DNA from: Balanoglossus misakiensis
Lineage: Eukaryota; Animalia; Hemichordata
Reading direction: 5' to 3'
Length of the DNA: 64,000 bases
NCBI GenBank assembly: GCA_040954595.2
Contig: JBECUI020000028.1
Location: 305,349 to 369,348 of the forward strand
Under the pieces are notes generated by a model. It made no database searches. It had not been told where the DNA came from and saw nothing but the letters and a program-made list of their open reading frames with translations. The translations under genes were made by a program, and so were the position numbers. Positions 40,472-53,969 of this stretch are shown here, piece after piece (positions within the stretch are counted from its first letter, which is position 1; the number at the start of each line of letters is the position of its first letter).

Positions 40472-40801
40472 TGAGTGTGTATGTGTCTGTCTGTGTCTGT
40501 CTCTATGTATTAATGAGTGTGTGTGTAATGTTTGTGCACATTGATTGACTTGATTTAATATTGAAGATTTAAGCACCGATGGCATTTATTACAAAGAGTT
40601 ATATTATTATCAATAGAGTCCAAGTTGAAGTCTTAATCACTCCCTAAATTATTTTAAATTGTATGTATGTATGTATGTATGTATGTATGTATGTATGTAT
40701 GTATGTATGTATGTATGTATGTATGTATGTATGTATGTATGTATGTATGTATGTATGTATGCATGTATGTATGTATGTATGTATGTATGTATGTATGTAT
40801 G
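40413..40801. repeat. Microsatellites (GT)n at 40413-40470 and (TATG)n at 40660-40801
   Basis: Read directly; another (TATG)n lies at ~41260-41328 in the HECT gene intron. Confidence 0.97.
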
Positions 40802-41064
40802 TTGACAATTGAGAAGTTTCCTCATCAAAAATTCTGAACAAAATTCTTGCTTCACTGTAATTTTTGGTGAAATATCAACTTTATTCAAGGTGAGAAAGTA
40901 GATAGTTTTTCTTTCTGAGATAATATTCTCAAATTTCCCAAACTGTTCATAAAAATCAAGTTGATGCATTATTTCATGCTTGTCTTTAGGTACATCAGTT
41001 TTGATTTAACTGTTGTTGATTTTCCTTACAGAAAAATATTACTTAAGCAAACAGATCAGACAAA

Positions 41065-43558
41065 ATGGCAGAAAAACTATATGAATTTCTTAGACGACGC
41101 AGAGTGCCTGAAGAGGAAATTGACAGACTTGAACAGGAAAAGGTAAATTTTTTATTAGTTCTTGTTGCATATATGTAAATATGGCTAAATGAGCTTTAAG
41201 GCTAGTAGGTGGAAAAATATTCATTGACAGTCTTTCCATCTTTGTTTGTTTGTTTGTTTGTATGTATGTACCCGTATGTATGTATGTATGTATGTATGTA
41301 TGTATGTATGTATGTATGTATGTATGTATTTAGCGAGACCCCCCGCACCCTCTGCCCATATGCATGCACTAAGATTCCATGTGCTTTAAATTGATTTTCA
41401 GATTGATCCATCGGTGATCCTCTTAATGGATGATGAGATGTTATCTAAGTATTTGACATCTTATGGGGACAGAGTTGCTGCTGTGGACTTCTCTCGCAGA
41501 TTATTTTGTACTGTTCCAGACAGAGAGAGCAGGAAGTCAGAACTACTGAAAAAAATAAGACAAAAATTTAGCCTTCGAAATGGAAAGCAGAATAGTGTAT
41601 CAGATGACAAGGGAGAATCAAGTAAAGGTAATCGTGGACAAGCCTCAACTAGACCAAGACCATTTGGTAATACACATGCAGCAAAAATAAAGCGGAAAAT
41701 TGAAATAGGATGGCTTGATTTTGATTTCATTGAAAAAGAATACAAGCAAGTTCGAGCCAGAAAAGGTGGTGGAACAAGGTGTATATCAGTAAGTAAGTCG
41801 AGCACGAAAGCTGATCTCCTGACTACAGGAAAAGATTTGTTTTTCCCCAACGGCGTATCACAGCGAGGAGACATGGACAGTTATCATGTTGACATAAGAG
41901 ATTCAGGAGAAAGAACAATTGATGAAACAAGCACCGTTGGCGAATTGTATGAAGTAACTGGATTTAGAATGCTCCGCTTCTACATTATGACAAAGAGAAA
42001 AGACTGTGAACAGGTAGTGAAACCTAAAAAGAAGAGCAGACAAACAAGTAAGCAGTCACAATTAGAATCAGTGTCATTGTCAGATGACAGCAGTGATGCT
42101 GATCTACCTGATCCAGGACTTGATAGGCATGTGCCAGTTCCACCGGCAAAGACGAGACAAGCAAGCAAGGGACAGTCACAAGCTCTTCCACAGGAATCTA
42201 TTGATATGTTGTCTGATGAGAGCAATGATGCAGGTGTACCAAGTGCAGGAAACCACAATAAGCATATCCTAGATACAGTTCACCATGATCATGGTATGCC
42301 CAGTTGTAGCAGATTCCAGTCTGAACCCATCCCTGACGTAGGTTCTGAAGTCACATTAGAGACAGTCGATTCTGATGCAGAACCACTGGTGATTAGTGAT
42401 AATGATTCAAACATTGTTCAGTTTGGATCACGGGGTTCCAATAGTAACTCAGCAGAAAGCCTTGATTCTACATTGCCGTTCTTTGAAAATGATGAACCTG
42501 TTAGCCAATCCCAGCCCCAAGACACTACCAGTCATATCAGTGAAGATCAAGACCCAGTGGAGACTAGAACACTTGTAATACACAGGAGTGATGTTTTGAA
42601 TGACATGATTTCAGAATTCTCAGATCCAAAGATTATGGCATGTCCTATCAATGTGGCCATGGTTATGCCAGGAGGTAATATTGAGCGTGGTAGTGGTAGT
42701 GGAGTTGTGAGAGACTGTTTTACAAGTTTTTGGTCCGAGTTCTATGAATGTTGCACAGTTGGAAAGAATTGCCGGGTGCCATTCATTAGGCATGATTACC
42801 CAAGAGAAAAATGGGAAGCTGTAGCAAGAATAATCATGAAGGGTTGGAAGGAAATGGATTACTTCCCTATTGAGTTTGCAAAGCCATTCATGGAAGAAGT
42901 AATGTTTGGAGACCAGAAGTGTGAAGAGGCAAGTCTACTTCAAGTGTATTATCACTTCCTGTCTGAATCGGACCGTGAAGTATTTGAAGCTGCAATGAAG
43001 AACTTCCAAGAAGTAGAAGAAGATGAGTTAATTGAAGTGTTAGACCGACATGACTGTAAAAGACTGCCAACCAAAGAAAACATTGGATCCATTCTGCACG
43101 AAATAGCGCATAAAGAGATAGTACAAGAGCCAATGTTTGTCATTGATAGTTGGCGACCAATCTTACAGCCATTAGGCAAACAAATTGGCAAAGAGAACTT
43201 GGATAGACTGTATAATGACAAGAAACCAACAACAAAGAAAGTCCTACAACATCTTCAAATCGCCGAATGCTTGAATAATGATGAGAGGGCTGTTGCTAAT
43301 CACTTAAAACGATACATCCGTGAACTTGAGCAAAGTACTCTAAAGAAGTTCCTGAGATATTGCACTGGTTGTGACATAATGACAGCAGAGCCGATTCAAG
43401 TGTCATTTGTTAAACTTGATGGTTTACAACGTCGTCCAGTTGCTCACACATGTGGCAATGTGCTTGAACTGCCATTGTCATATGCCAACTTCGTAGAATT
43501 CAGAAGTGAGTTCAATGCAGTTTTGAACAGTGGTTTTTGGGACATGGATATTATTTGA
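41065..43558 (+). CDS. HECT-type E3 ubiquitin ligase (G2E3-like HECT) with an N-terminal SAM-like region, 744 aa, 2 coding exons
   Basis: Exon 41065-41142 (MAEKLYEFL...EQEK) splices in phase 0 to 41402-43558. HECT motifs ERGSGSGVVRD, KFLRYCTG and PVAHTCGNVLELP with the catalytic Cys present; no stops or frameshifts. Confidence 0.87.
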
Positions 43559-44541
43559 GACCATTGATATTGTTTCCATTGGTAGAACAGCAATGGTGAG
43601 TTATTACATGAATTAAAGGGACAATATTGTTGTGTTTGGCTTACATTGATAGAAAGAATACAGGGAATACTTGTGTAAAGTCACTTGGTATGCAAAGTAA
43701 TGATTATGTCAATGATGAACCTGACGTGTCAGAAGTCACCTCTTTGCTGCATGGAAGAGGTGAATTTATGTGGATTCATTAAGGGATGCGCCTGTAACTT
43801 TGCACTATTTTCAGTGTTTTCTTTAAATGTTCATACAGTTGCCATTTACTGTCATATTTCCTACAAATTGTTTTATCATTGATTACGTTAAATGTTTACA
43901 CATATTATCTAATATATGGAGAAGCTAAATACTTGATGTGTTATTGCAGCCTGTTGTGGGGAGTTATTCAGTTACTTATTCAGCCTGTTGTGGGGAGTTA
44001 TTCAGTTACTTATTCAGTTACTATGTGACACAGTGTGTGACATAATGGTTAAAGCACAGGATGACCAGGCTTGGTTATTGGTGTAGATATAATGTAAACA
44101 AACAACTAGGAGTAGTCTCTGTTCCACTCTACCAAAGAAGATCAGTGCTTTACTTGTCACTTATCGTCTGTATACTTAGTTTCTTTATTAACATGTTTGT
44201 TTGTTTGTTTACATATTTACATCTACAACCAAGCCTGGGCATCATGTGGTTTTAAGGTGCAAACAGTTGAGCCACAAAGTTGTTGTATTTCAGCTTTTAT
44301 TTGCGGTGACAGTATTAAACTTTACAGAATTAGATCTAACATTAACACAAAGTCTGTGCCATAGTTTCATATTACTTCAGTGTTGAAGATGAACAATATT
44401 GTCATTATGTTCTGAAAGTTAATAAAACTTTGTTGTGTTGACAAATATCTTGCTTTAATTCATCCAGTTCCTTGCATGGAAGTGACATTGTTGTTGTTGT
44501 TTGGGTGATGTATAATAATTTCCTTTTACAGTAAGGTCTTG

Positions 44542-46509
44542 CTAGTCAGATAAGGATTCATATTTTATAGAATTTCGGAGATTCACGTACAATTCCACAG
44601 CAGAATATGGGTCAGAAGGTAAATGCATATTGTTGTCGACCATGTATGAGACACAGTACTCGAATAAATCTTCATCACAGGGGCACGCTCCTTTGAACAC
44701 ACATTCCTCTCGGCATGTGTTAATCTGTTCCTGAGAAACAGTTGATCCGAAATCATGACTTCCATACATCTCCGGGACAAAGAACATCATGTGAGGTCGC
44801 CCGATGGGAGAGACTGCGTTACGTGAACGACTGATCCTGTGACAATTCCATTCCATTACAGCATCATCCAGTTCATCCTGAATTATAAAATGACAGGCAC
44901 AAAATGTATGAGGAAGTTCAATGTTAGCAGTTTAATACATGCATCAGTTAAACATAGTCCCTAGGTACTATAGGATATCTAAAAGATACATACATGGTGA
45001 CACCTCATCTACATGAACTCTTCAGACGGGAAGGTACACCTAAAATTAATTTATTGTAGTGAAATATAACCAAACAAACAGAATAAAATTACAAATATTA
45101 TAATTATAACAATTTACATATATTAGATTATCAATTGGTGTATAGACGGGTTTACCAGCTGGCGTGTAATTTATGATGAGGCTTATCACACCAACAGTAT
45201 TCGATCCGAGATTAATAGTAAGGTATTTATCGAAGGAGTGGAAAGTCTAAAATGTTGTCCAACATATGCATGCAGGATAGAGGTGCATAAAATGGACAAT
45301 TGGAATAAGTAGACAAGGACAGTCTTAAATCACACACACAATGCATTGCAGGTTGTGATTTTTGTTCATCATGATACATATCAACACATGTACAGCACAT
45401 TTTAAGCCTTTTTTACTTTGTATTTGAAGGTTTAAACCAAAATATGTGAGCAGTCCTTTCTTTTCAATACATAAAAACGTTCTTTTTTATACTCCTCCCA
45501 TTTGGAAGAGCGTAGGGTTATTGTTAGTCAGTTTATACATGGGACTTCTTATATTTTATTGTATTGTTCGTTTTCACTATATAATATCAATCCTAGCAAT
45601 ATTTTCTGTATAAGTATTTAAAGTATATACAGTATAAGTGATAGTGTAACAGATTGAGGAAAGACAATTATTTTTTAAGTCCCAAATTCTTCTTCTTACC
45701 TGTATCATTTTCAGGAAGCAAAATCTGACCAGATCTTTATCAAGATAATCACCACTGAAGACTCCATCATCCTTTAGTTTGTAGAAAAGATCCAACCAAA
45801 ACTGTCCACAGTGTTGGCGAAATGTACCCCACCATCGTTCTATGCGTTGGTTGAGTTGACTGCTGCCATAATAAAAGCAGTTGTCATCATTTGTTAGAAA
45901 CTTCTGGAACTGTTCAACATGTCCATTTTCTGTGCCTCTATCCGCTCGCATGTTTTGGGGGCAAGATTTCAGACTTTCAACTTCTTTGATGAAGTACCCT
46001 GCTATAATCTTCGGATCACTGTTGGTGTGATAAGCTTGAGCCCAAATTACACGCCTGGAAAACCCGTCTATACACCCATTGATTGCTATTCCGTAAGGGG
46101 AAAGTTTGTCATACGAATCTAGGTGCCACATATAGTTCGGCCCAGGAGACCCATACTGGCGACGGCGTAGACGACGTCTCTTTCTTAATTCCACACCTAT
46201 GGGGTCAATGATCTGGAGTAACAACCGCACACTCTCCCTGTCGATAACCAATCCTCTCTGGACACACTTTAAATGCATCCACCGATAGCCGTGGAGTCTT
46301 CCAGATTTGTCAACCTCTTCTCTCAGAAATGTTATTACCTCATTGATGTCTGAATGGTACTTCCGTCTGAAAAGTCCGAGTTTCTTCAGTAATCTTTTAA
46401 GATGACGCATACTAATGACAACGTTATGATTGACAGCTAAAGTAGCCAGGATTTCACTGTAGTTGAAGCCCATGTTGAAATAGATACGGATTATATCATC
46501 TCTTTCCAT
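44542..46509 (-). CDS. IS3EU/IS481-like DDE transposase (integrase core), 381 aa, 2 exons
   Basis: Exons 46509-45700 and 44877-44542 (phase 0). N-terminal HTH; WHLDSYDKL (D), CIDGFSR, RADRGTEN (D), NQRIERWW (E), WNCHRI, GRP. Reading frame intact. Confidence 0.9.
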
Positions 46510-46947
46510 GGTGACGTTATCTGTTCGATAGAGGAGGAATGTTAATTGTCGCATTAGATAAAAGGAATTATCGTATAATGATAATGAATAAAGTATAATA
46601 TTGAAACCAATTGTTTAGTAACTTTACCACTGAGTCAGTTTTCTTGCCAACTTGGAAAGTAATCTCAGTCCAAGACTTCGGTAATTTGTCCCAGTACGTA
46701 TAACTAGTAATTATAAATATTACGAAGTTGAAATGTCAACTAATTACCAAGACTCATGCACTCAGTCTGATGATACGATGCAGCATGCAGCTCTGAAACC
46801 GACGATCACTCCTACCATTGAATACACTGAGTGCTTGCTTGCCAATTCTCCGTACCGATATCGATGCATGTCCCTCTCTGGACCGATATTGATGCATGGT
46901 CCTCTCTGGACAGTCTCCCTACCAACACACCGCCCTCTTTCGAGAGA

Positions 46948-47441
46948 ATTATCTCGAGATCTCGAGATAAAAAAATAAAAAGTCGGGAAAACGAATAGCA
47001 TTATCTCGAGATCTCGAGATAAAAAAATAAAAAGTCAGGAAAACGAACTTGAATTATCTCGAGATCTCGAGATAAAAAAATAAAAAGTCGGGAAAACGAA
47101 TAGCATTATCTCGAGATCTCGAGATAAAAAAATAAAAAGTCAGGAAAACGAACTTGAATTATCTCGAGATCTCGAGATAAAAAAATAAAAAGTCGGGAAA
47201 ACGAATAGCATTATCTCGAGATCTCGAGATAAAAAAATAAAAAGTCAGGAAAACGAACTTGAATTATCTCGAGATCTCGAGATAAAAAAATAAAAGTCGG
47301 GAAAACGAATGGAATTATCTCGAGATCTCGAGATATAAAAATAAAAAGTCAGGAAAACGAACTTGAATTATCTCGAGATCTCGAGATAAAAAAATAAAAA
47401 GTCAGGAAAACGAATGGAATTATCTCGAGATCTCGAGATAA
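46948..47441. repeat. Right subterminal 52-53-bp array (10 palindromes)
   Basis: Inverted relative to the left array; two unit variants alternate (GGGAAAACGAATAGCA / AGGAAAACGAACTTGA). Confidence 0.95.
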
Positions 47442-50400
47442 TTTTTTATTTATTGCGTATGTACATGTCCCCAACTGGCTTTCATAGTTTTAAACCGATG
47501 GTGGCAAAGAAGTTTTCCGCGAACATGAAAACAACACAGCTGCAAAATGAAGGTATTGTTCTACTGATACATTAAACGCACAACTTAGAATATGTGCCGT
47601 TTTAGCCACATGCAGATTGCAGGCACCATGTAGCTCTGCTTGGCATAGTAAAACACGTGTCACGTGTTGATCACATGACTTAAATGAAGGCGAACGTCCA
47701 TGTTTGTATGGGAGGGTCACCAGTTTTACGGCGCTGCATTAACGACGTTTACGATTCGGCGACAAACACGTCAAGTAGGTTCTCATTTGTGAAATTTTCG
47801 TTCGATCTTTATTTCTGACAACATTATGTACATGTTCATGTAGTTTATTGTTTGAAAATCGGTGCGTATCATTTTGCTCCGCACCCAACGGATTTTCCTA
47901 TGGATGGCTCCATAGCTGTGGGGAGGGAGAGCAGCGTTGACCCAAACAGCGTATAAGTCCAGAGCTATGCTGGGCAGAGCTGTGTGTCTTTACGACGTCA
48001 CTCCTGTATATGAGAGAGACGGTGGGCGATCTCTTTTACAGTTATTTTCAAAATATTGTTTTTAAAAAAATAATATTTATTATCATCATCATCATCATCA
48101 TGATTCCAGCTATTAATTTGCAGTACACGTTGTTGTCTTTTGCCAGAAAGGAATGCATTTCTCATATCACCTTACAAACTGCCAGAAATCCAAACAACAC
48201 CTTTATGATAAAGCCTACAATGAAATGGTGGATGGTACAAATCAAAGATTATGTGACTGCATGATCCTCTCCACATGATACTTCTCAAAGGATATTAATT
48301 TGCTTAGAGGGTGAATGTCTGTTGCTAAGCAACCAATGATGTGGGAGTGATGTAGAAATCTTTGTGATTTCTCAAAATATAACCATTATTCTAAATTAAT
48401 ATTTCCGTCAATTGGTTTTCAAGCATAATATATACACAACACAACAAATTATATTGATATACCATGCCTAAAATATGAAATGGAAAAAATGCAATCAAAT
48501 GAGTGGCCAAGCAATTTTTTTCAAAATTTTCCATTTAATTAACATTTTGTAATAGTTTATATATTTGAGGCTGACTGTGGGTTGATTCTGTCTGTCTTAA
48601 ACATTCAAGAAAAATTTGTTTGTAAAGTCATTTCAATGCCTGTCTATTAAAGCCTGTATAGCTGCCAAATTTCACATTTTTCAACAATAAAATACTTCAA
48701 ATATATTCCCTATCCTCTAAATCCTCAACTTAAGCCATATTACTCGCATTTGCATCAGTTTGTCATCTTTTGGCGACGCAAACCACGATAGCTGCGTACT
48801 GTTTGTATGGAGGCTGATGAAATAGGTGCGGCACCGTTTTAATACAAAAGTGTTCAAATTGCAACATGCAGTCATAATCGAGCATCGATAAGGTGTTCAT
48901 GTATACCTAAGTAAGCTTATTTAGATGGACTAATTTAAGTTGGAAATTAATGCTAAAAAGTGGCAGCTCTAGAGACTTTCAATTCCACATTTTCTAATTC
49001 CACAATTGTTGGATGTAAATGTATTTGAAATATGTGCTTTGATTGGATTATATGACATAGATTTATTTGAAGGGTGTGTTTGGATTAGATTATGTGACCA
49101 TTGGATTTTGGATTTGTGTTCAAGAATTGTTTCGAAATATAGAAGGGATCTGATGAAAAATGTTCAGGCAATTATTTTACCTTGGTCTAGAGTTTTAAAA
49201 AAGGGTGCGTGATTTTCATGTTGTTTGGGTATTGATACTATGTTCACTTCCAGTTCTATATTTGCAAATTGAGATATGCTTAAATGTCCAGTATCCAGCT
49301 TATCAACTCTACCAGTATTTTCATTAATAACAATAAAATTTATGCGTTTATTGTTTGTGTAATTTGGATTATTAAGTCAAATGAGGGACAGTTCTTAATG
49401 TACACCTTGGAATGAATCAATCAACAACATAATAGATAGGTGCATATTTTTCCTCTATTTTGATGTGAACTTTGCTAAATCCTTTTTATCATTTAAACAA
49501 TGACCTTTGGCTTTTCAGAGACGCGGTCAAGATGTCTCTCCTAATCCGTTTGAGCTCGCGCTCTGATTCGATAGTATCATGCAGATGTTGCTTCATGTGA
49601 TTGGCTAACGTCCTTGTCACGTGACGTGGCATACGTGTGGAACATACGTTCGGAACAACAAACGACACTTGTACGCGTAAATTATGATTACGTATAAAAT
49701 AATTCGGATAATCTCAATTTTTGGCGATCGATCTATAAAAATGAAATTGTGAAGTAAGTAGGCAACCATGGTGATACTTCCGGTGGAACGCCATTCTCCA
49801 GATAGTATGTGCGCGCGTCAGAGAGAACCTGCCTTCCTACCATGTGAGCAGAGCTGTGGTGGATCCCAGGGGACGCAGATCACATTTGCATTCGTAGTCT
49901 GCGCGTTCGCACTATTTCATGCAAAATACAGCCTCCAGTTCTTAAAATTACTACACGGAAATGTTATTTCGTTGTGTCTAAAGAATTTAAAAACCATTAT
50001 TTGCGGAAATTTCACAGTTAGTGCAAGAGAGAGTGACAGATAGTCACGTAGTTCCGCATTCCAACGCATGCACTCTTCTTTCGACGTTCGCACTATGCTA
50101 ACGTCTTATTTACTGTAACATACGACGTGCAGATGTGAAATTACTTCATGAAAATCGATCTGGGTAAATATAGCCTAGATTTCAAAAATATCGTTGTGAA
50201 TGTGATGCACATTAAACGTCGGAAAAACGCGCGATCTTTCTCAATTTGGGGCACCTATGGAGGCATACTGGATCGGGAAATTGACTCGAAATACTATAGT
50301 ATACTGTATAAAGTAGCATTCAGTTTACTGCGTTCTTTACACGATTTATCATGACAAGACAGTTGGTCCATCGTATCAGTGGTATACGATGTCCGAAGTG

Positions 50401-51904
50401 AGCGAGCGAGCGAGCGAGCGGCGGAGGGAGGGGGGGTAGCATGTGGAGAACGCCCTCAATGTGAAATGTTAACGTAGTCGTTTCTGTTCATACCCCAACC
50501 AACATAATACGATTACGATGTACGATCCTACAACAAAGATACGTAAACCACGAAATATAGCTGCTATTTGAATTTTAAGCATGAATTTTTTTTTAGATAG
50601 TATGTCTCTTTAATCTACAATTAGCAAAAAGACAATTTTAATGAATTACTGTACTTTGTAATGCAAAAAAGTCTTGTACAGCTCATATTGTGGCTAAGTT
50701 TAACGACATCGAAACACACTTTGTTAACAATCTTTAAATGGTTGATTAAAACTTTGATGTTTTATTATTTTTGGGTGCTAGCCACTTCATTTGTTTTAGC
50801 GCATGTTTTAGGTTAGATTAGACATTTTTACATAAATTACTTGTGATATGGGAACGCTCCACAAGTTTTCTTTTATAATTTTGTTTTTACTCTGCTGTGA
50901 TGAATTTTTAAAAATAAGATGTTCGATTTCGATTTTATTTTGCGGGTAGATATTTTCATTGCAGTGTCATTGTATTTACTTTATGTTTTTATCTGTAAAC
51001 ATTTTTGAGGCTTTGGTATTATTATTATGATGATGATGATGATCATCATCATCATTATTATTACTATTATTGTTGTCGTCGTCGTTGTTGTTTTTGTATT
51101 GTTATTATTATTACATTGCATTGCATTGTATTATGTTGTATTGTTGTTGTTGTTACCATCATCAAAATCACCATGATCGGTCCCTATAGTCTATATACCA
51201 TGCCATTTCGTCTATGATGGGGAAAATTGATAATAAGTTCTAAAAATGAAGATTGTGTCTAGAGTCTACTACAGGTAGAAGTAGGTCTCTAGCAAGTCAT
51301 TTGATCACAAAATAACTGACCAATCTCTCTAGTTGTCTTATGCCATAGGAGAGATCGTGACGAACACCTGATTTGACATCATACAAATTATCATTCAGAA
51401 ACTAAGGTTTGAGTTTGTTATAGCGTTGAATTTCTAAGTGAAAACATATTGTAAAATGTTAAATGGTAATGAGTGTCATGTATGTCTTTATTAAATAGTC
51501 TAATATTTTATGGTCATAATGTCAAGCTGCAGCCGCTGTTATTCGATAAATCAATACCATGTAACTCCCCAGTTAAAATTTGTAAAAGAAAGATGCTGGT
51601 AGGTGCCGATATGCCATTATATCGAATAATGGGTGAGAAGTCGATAATACTGTAGAACTATAAAACTAGTTTGTTATATGTCAAGGGTGATTTCGGAAAA
51701 TCCAAATGCCGTTTTGTTGGTAACGTCTGCATACAAATGCTTGTTGGTTGCTATGCTAAGCAAATTACCAAACCAGCATTGTTGAACTTTCAAATTGTAA
51801 CTGTTCCGTTCCCATCCTCGAGTTTTTTTATTTATTTAAAACTTCTGATCTTTCTATCAATTAAAGCCCCGCGAGTTGCAACTTTATCATTGATTTTTAT
51901 AGGA

Positions 51905-53046
51905 GAAAGTAATCATGGATGAAAATTTCAGAGCGTGGTTTGATGATGACCTACCACGTGGGTGGAAAATACTCCTGCCATGTGGGTGGAAGCATGCTCC
52001 GATAGAAATTATGGAATGTTTGGTTAAAGTAACTGGATTACAACTTGATATAGGTAAGTCAACTAATTTGAGTTGATGGCTGGGGAAATTAATCATGGAT
52101 GACAATTTCAGAGCATGGTTTGATGATGACCTACCACGTGGGTGGAAAATACTCCTGCCATGTGGGTGGAAGCATGCTCTGATAGAAATTATGAAATGTT
52201 TGGTTAAAGTAACTGGATTACAACTTGATATAGGTAAGTAAACTAATTTGAGTTGATGGCTGGGGAAAGTAATCGTGGATGAAAATTTCAGAGCATGGTT
52301 TGATGATGACCTACCACGTGGGTGGAAAATACTCCTGCCATGTGGGTGGAAGCATGCTCCGATAGAAATTATGGAATGTTTGGTTAAAGTAACTGGATTA
52401 CAACTTGATATAGGTAAGTAAACTAATTTGAGTTGATGGCTGGGGAAATTAATCATGGATGAAAATTTCAGAGCATGGTTTGATGATGACCTACCACGTG
52501 GGTGGAAAATACTCCTGCCATGTGGGTGGAAGCATGCTCCGATAGAAATTATGGAATGTTTGGTTAAAGTAACTGGATTACAACTTGATATAGGTAAGTA
52601 AACTAATTTGAGTTGATGGCTGGGGAAAGTAATCGTGGATGAAAATTTCAGAGCATGGTTTGATGATGACCTACCACGTCGGTGGAAAATACTCCTGCCA
52701 TGTGGGTGGAAGCCTGCTCCGATAGAAATTATGGAATGTTTGGTTAAAGTAACTGGATTACAACTTGATATAGGTAAGTCAACTAATTTGAGTTGATGGC
52801 TGGGGAAAGTAATCGTGGATGAAAATTTCAGAGCATGGTTTGATGATGACCTACCACGTGGGTGGAAAATACTCTTGCCATGTGGGTGGAAGCCTGCTCC
52901 GATAGAAATTATGGAATGTTTGGTTAAAGTAACTGGATTACAACTTGATATAGGTAAGTAAACTAATTTGAGTTGATGGATGGGGAAATTAATCATTCCA
53001 TAATTTCTATCGGAGCATGCTTCCACCCACATGGCAGGAGTATTTT
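51905..53046. repeat. 180-bp tandem array (6 units) ending in a ~50-bp inverted unit fragment
   Basis: Units start every 180 nt from ~51905. 52995-53046 is the reverse complement of part of the unit; another inverted fragment lies at 55864-55929. Confidence 0.95.
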
Positions 53047-53969
53047 GAAATCCCCCCCCCCATTTTCTTTCACAGAGCAAAACACATCACCTAGTATCTA
53101 TCCCATGAAAAGAATTCGAAACTGATGTACCCCTTCACTGAACATTGCTTTTATTTTGTAAGTATTTGTACTCTGTGTTGGGAGACATTGTAAACCGAGA
53201 ATTGAAGGGGATGGGTTTGGGAGGGGGTGTCCCCCTCCCACGTAAGAAAATTTTATAAAATACAGAGCTCAAAGCTGAATTTTAATGAACCCGGCAAAAG
53301 CAAATTAACTCAACTACCGGTATGTTGGGGAGGACAAATTTAACCGTCGCCGCTCAAAGTTATCATGGGGTTGGGGCAAGTCCCCTGACCTGGGACACTA
53401 GATAAACCAATCAATGATTGAAAGGTGTTGATGAAACAGTATAGAAAACATTTTCCAATTTCCGAAAAACCTCTTTTTTACATTATTACTGCTGAAAAAG
53501 TTAGAAATTTATGAAAATATTCCTTATTCTTTGCCAATTTCTAATGAAAAAATTACATAATGGTATTCTTAGTCTCTTTCCTGCAGCTGTACAGCAGGAA
53601 AAATGCATTTTGTCATATTTTGGCTTTAAACTCAAATTAAAATTTATCTGTGAAAAAACTGAGTCTCCTTCAAAGCCACGTACATGACAGTCCTTTTGAT
53701 TTTTTTCTAATGAAATTTTGTCTCCATGTTTATCATGAGTAATATTTCTATTGAAAATTTGCAAGTGTGTGAATTGTTTGTAAAATTTCGCCAGAAAAAA
53801 CAATAGCATCAAAAAGTAAATCTGAAACCCAATATTTATTACAAGAATTGTTAGATTAATATCCGTATCACACAAATCCGTTGGATTTCGTATGAATTTT
53901 AGGAAATAAGCACTGCTAATTGACAAATCCATATTTTGCAGCTGAAATACTTGGAAAAGAGTCAGCGGC

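Larger units (their letters stand above)
39229..47486. mobile_element. Full-length IS3EU-type DNA transposon carrying a HECT ligase gene
   Basis: Long perfect TIR beginning TATGAAAGCCAGTTGGGGACATGTACATACGCAATAAATAAAAAATTATCTCGAG; exact 6-bp TSD GTTTTA (39223-39228 and 47487-47492); TAY..RTA termini; IS3/IS481-like DDE transposase inside. Confidence 0.9.

Noticed and set aside
40094-41411. THTH and YIHT ORFs
   Set aside because: Microsatellite translations.
39275-47441. CRISPR-like regularly spaced palindromes
   Set aside because: Spacers are near-identical rather than unique, there are no cas genes, the context is eukaryotic, and the arrays are inverted subterminal transposon repeats.
33795-48840. 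~100-bp similarity between 33795-33890 and 48745-48840, plus small inverted pairs at 31646-31797, 13810-14258 and 63369-63666
   Set aside because: Consistent with ordinary decayed interspersed repeats or MITEs; not classifiable further.
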